This document shows positions 7,127 to 9,171 of a stretch of DNA of 9,171 bases, one piece after another. Position 1 is the first letter of the stretch; each line of letters begins with the position of its first letter. Under the pieces are notes generated by a model. The model was given only the letters and a program-made list of their open reading frames with translations. It made no database searches and was not told the origin of the DNA. The translations under genes and the position numbers were made by a program. The DNA comes from a virus (lineage: Duplodnaviria; Heunggongvirae; Uroviricota; Caudoviricetes): IMG/VR virus record IMGVR_UViG_2740892019_000003, one strand, 5' to 3'.

Positions 7127-7867
7127 TTAGCTGTCGGTGACGGTGATTTCTGCAACGGCAGCAAACTCACCATTACCGGATACGACCGGAATGTTGACCT
7201 TGCCTGCAGCAACGCCGTTCACGGTGATGGTCATACCACTGACCGACACGGTGGCTTTTGTTTTATCCGCAGACACCGCACGGAAGCTCTTGTCGGTTGC
7301 GCCTTCCGGCTGGAATGCCACGGTCAGCGTGGTGCTCTGCCCTTTCACTACGGAAGCACTGGCTGGCGTTACCGTCATGCCGGTGGCCGCCGTCACCGTG
7401 CTGCGATCTTCTGCCATCGACGGGCGTCCCACATTGGTGACCTTCACCGTGCGGGTAATCACTTCCTTCGCCGTCACCGCCTTACCGATACTGCTGACCC
7501 AGCCACGGAACACATCGACCGTGCCGTTCGGGAAGCGGATTTTATAGGCACGGGTATCACCTTCATTAAACCACGCCAGCAGCGCCTGCTGCCCCTGCTC
7601 TCCGGGCATCCACGCCAGCGTGAAGCTGGTATCTCCGGCTGACTTCTGCCCCTGTCCGGTCGCGGTCCAGTCCGCATCTTCATCATCGAGATAACTGTCG
7701 TCATAGGACTCAGCGGTCAGTTCGCCGGGCGTCAGGTCTTTAACTTTAGCCAGACGCGACCAGTCAACGTCTGAAAGCGGGTTCGCATAAGGGTCACCGT
7801 TCCCCTTATAAACCCACAGTGTGGTCCCGGCACCTTTCACCGGCATTGTAGGATTTGGTACAGGCAT
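7127..7867 (-). CDS. V: Major tail tube protein V (246 aa) with C-terminal Ig-like (Big_2-type) domain
   Basis: Track ORF 7127-7897 begins at an upstream ATG inside U. The start matching lambda gpV ([22 protein letters not shown]...) is the ATG at 7865-7867, preceded by GAGGA (plus 7872-7876) and giving 246 aa. C-terminal ~90 aa are Thr/Val/Ser-rich beta-strand-like sequence ([33 protein letters not shown]...). Confidence 0.93.
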   Translation of the reverse strand: MPVPNPTMPVKGAGTTLWVYKGNGDPYANPLSDVDWSRLAKVKDLTPGELTAESYDDSYLDDEDADWTATGQGQKSAGDTSFTLAWMPGEQGQQALLAWFNEGDTRAYKIRFPNGTVDVFRGWVSSIGKAVTAKEVITRTVKVTNVGRPSMAEDRSTVTAATGMTVTPASASVVKGQSTTLTVAFQPEGATDKSFRAVSADKTKATVSVSGMTITVNGVAAGKVNIPVVSGNGEFAAVAEITVTDS

Positions 7868-7874
7868 ATCGTCC

Positions 7875-8270
7875 TCACATTTCATAGGTAATGACATAAG
7901 TCAGATCGGCTGAACTCCACAGGCCCGCATCATCGTCGCGCCGGTAGTCATAGCCACTGGCCACCATACTGGTGATCAAATCTGACAGTGCCGGGATATC
8001 GCTCATCACCGGATAAATCCGGGACTCCATCCACGAATCCAGCTCTGAATCCGGCACCTGAGCAGGCAGGAAAACTTCAATATGCAGCTCCGCCTGCCAG
8101 GTATCGCTGTCCAGCTCTTCGCCCGTGTATTCAGCGCCGGTGAGATAAACGGCAATTGCCGGAAAATCCGCCTCATCAAAAACAGCGGGGCGACCATCAA
8201 AAAGCGTCGCCCCGGTGTCATGCTTCTCCAGTGCATCCAGTACGGCTGCACGGAGTTCAGTATGTTTCAT
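7875..8270 (-). CDS. U: Tail terminator protein U (131 aa)
   Basis: [56 protein letters not shown]... recognised as lambda gpU; 131 aa. 4-nt overlap with the Z stop (8267-8270). Confidence 0.95.
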   Translation of the reverse strand: MKHTELRAAVLDALEKHDTGATLFDGRPAVFDEADFPAIAVYLTGAEYTGEELDSDTWQAELHIEVFLPAQVPDSELDSWMESRIYPVMSDIPALSDLITSMVASGYDYRRDDDAGLWSSADLTYVITYEM

Positions 8271-8845
8271 CGCTTTATTACCATTCTCAGTTGATGCTGC
8301 AGCGCATAGCCCAGCTCTTTCGGAAGACGTTCACGCCGTATCCGTTCAATATTCTGTTTAAACGCCGTGGTCAGCGGCACCGCCATCGGGATTTTCACCA
8401 CATCAATGGGGTAACGGTTTTTTCCGGCCACACGCTGCATAACATGCCACCGGCCATTTTTCAGTTGCTGAATAAACGCGCCGGGAATACGACGGTTACC
8501 CACCACAAGCACGCTGCCGCCACCTTTCAGGGATGAACGCTGCCCCTTTTTACGACGCCTGCGGCGGGACAGGACAACCCGCGCATTACCCAGCTTGATT
8601 ACGGGCAAATCCCCCCGGTTAACTTTGATTCTGGCCTGCGGATTTTTGACCGTGGCCCTTTTCAGCCTGGCCCTTTCCTTTACCAGTTTCCGGCGTACCT
8701 TTGTCTCACGGGCAACCTGTGACGCAGACTGCGATATCGCGGATGAAGCAACGCGGTTAATGGCCATTGCGGCGGCACCGGGCACCGCCGTTCTGCTGAT
8801 ACGGCTGAGGTTTTCAACGGCCTGCTCAAGACCTTTTATGGCCAT
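8267..8845 (-). CDS. Z: Tail completion protein Z (192 aa)
   Basis: ORF MAIKGLEQAVENLSRISRTAVPGAAAMAINRVASSAISQSASQVARETKVRRKL... recognised as lambda gpZ; 192 aa. AGGGGG 4 nt upstream of the ATG (plus 8850-8855). Confidence 0.95.
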   Translation of the reverse strand: MAIKGLEQAVENLSRISRTAVPGAAAMAINRVASSAISQSASQVARETKVRRKLVKERARLKRATVKNPQARIKVNRGDLPVIKLGNARVVLSRRRRRKKGQRSSLKGGGSVLVVGNRRIPGAFIQQLKNGRWHVMQRVAGKNRYPIDVVKIPMAVPLTTAFKQNIERIRRERLPKELGYALQHQLRMVIKR

Positions 8846-8856
8846 ACATCCCCCTT

Positions 8857-9171
8857 TCAGCGGCGACGGTTAACGGCAGGCGGTACGCCCCGCCCAAGCC
8901 AGAGATGACAGCTTCCGCCATCATCCGGCGAAATCCGGTCTATCCAGAAGTTTTCCTCACCGATGGTCAGCGTGTCGCCGCGCCGCAGCTGCCGCACATC
9001 ATCAGTCCGGACAAACAGGGACGGGCTGGAGCCTTCAACGCGCACGCCCTGTCCGGCATAGCTGATATTTTCAGGGTCATCAAAAACACCACGTATCACA
9101 GCACCGGACTGCTCACCGGATGTCATGGTGGCTGACGTTCCCATGTACCCGCGTATCGTTTCATCGGCGCA
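8857..9171 (-). CDS. FII: Head-tail joining protein FII, C-terminal ~104 codons (partial; true start lies beyond the right edge of the window)
   Basis: Track ORF begins at an internal Met (MGTSATMTSGEQSGAVIRGVFDDPENISYAGQGVRVEGSSPSLFVRTDD...). The same frame stays open upstream to the window end (...ADETIRGY-MGTSAT), matching the C-terminal part of lambda gpFII. Stop TGA at 8857-8859. Confidence 0.9.
   Translation of the reverse strand, partial: CADETIRGYMGTSATMTSGEQSGAVIRGVFDDPENISYAGQGVRVEGSSPSLFVRTDDVRQLRRGDTLTIGEENFWIDRISPDDGGSCHLWLGRGVPPAVNRRR

Noticed and set aside
7127-7897. 256-aa version of V starting at the ATG at 7895-7897
   Set aside because: That ATG lies inside the U coding region. 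The ATG at 7865-7867 has a GAGGA Shine-Dalgarno, sits just after the U stop and gives the 246-aa lambda V N-terminus MPVPNPT...; the extra 10 codons are an ORF-caller artefact.
1-9171. A hidden defence or accessory system, as the prompt hints
   Set aside because: The recognised lambda tail genes account for essentially every base, and gene lengths and spacings match lambda. There is no orphan ORF, repeat array, tRNA, integrase or atypical-composition island in which such a system could sit.

Overview
This window is a contiguous, fully minus-strand lambda-type siphovirus tail-morphogenesis module. Read in the direction of transcription (right to left) it contains the 3' part of FII, then Z, U, V, G and the G-T frameshift product, H (tape measure), M, L, K, I and the first ~438 codons of J. 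Gene order, protein lengths (Z 192, U 131, V 246, G 140, H 853, M 109, L 232, I 223 aa), junction overlaps and the 60-nt I-J spacer all match bacteriophage lambda as I recall it, so this is lambda itself or a near-identical lambdoid prophage. Coding density is ~99% and I see no unexplained space, inserted cargo (moron), RNA gene, CRISPR array or mobile element. I therefore do not find a previously undescribed system here. The points worth a second look are known or semi-known lambda biology: the GGGAAAG -1 frameshift site making gpGT, the K/I pair (JAB/MPN + NlpC/P60 peptidase next to a ubiquitin-like protein ending in Gly-Gly), the ambiguous K start (247 vs 199 aa), and a terminator-like UACG-tetraloop hairpin in the I-J spacer. 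All plus-strand ORFs in the supplied track are antisense artefacts. Identity to lambda is judged from recognising the translated proteins, not from an alignment I could run.
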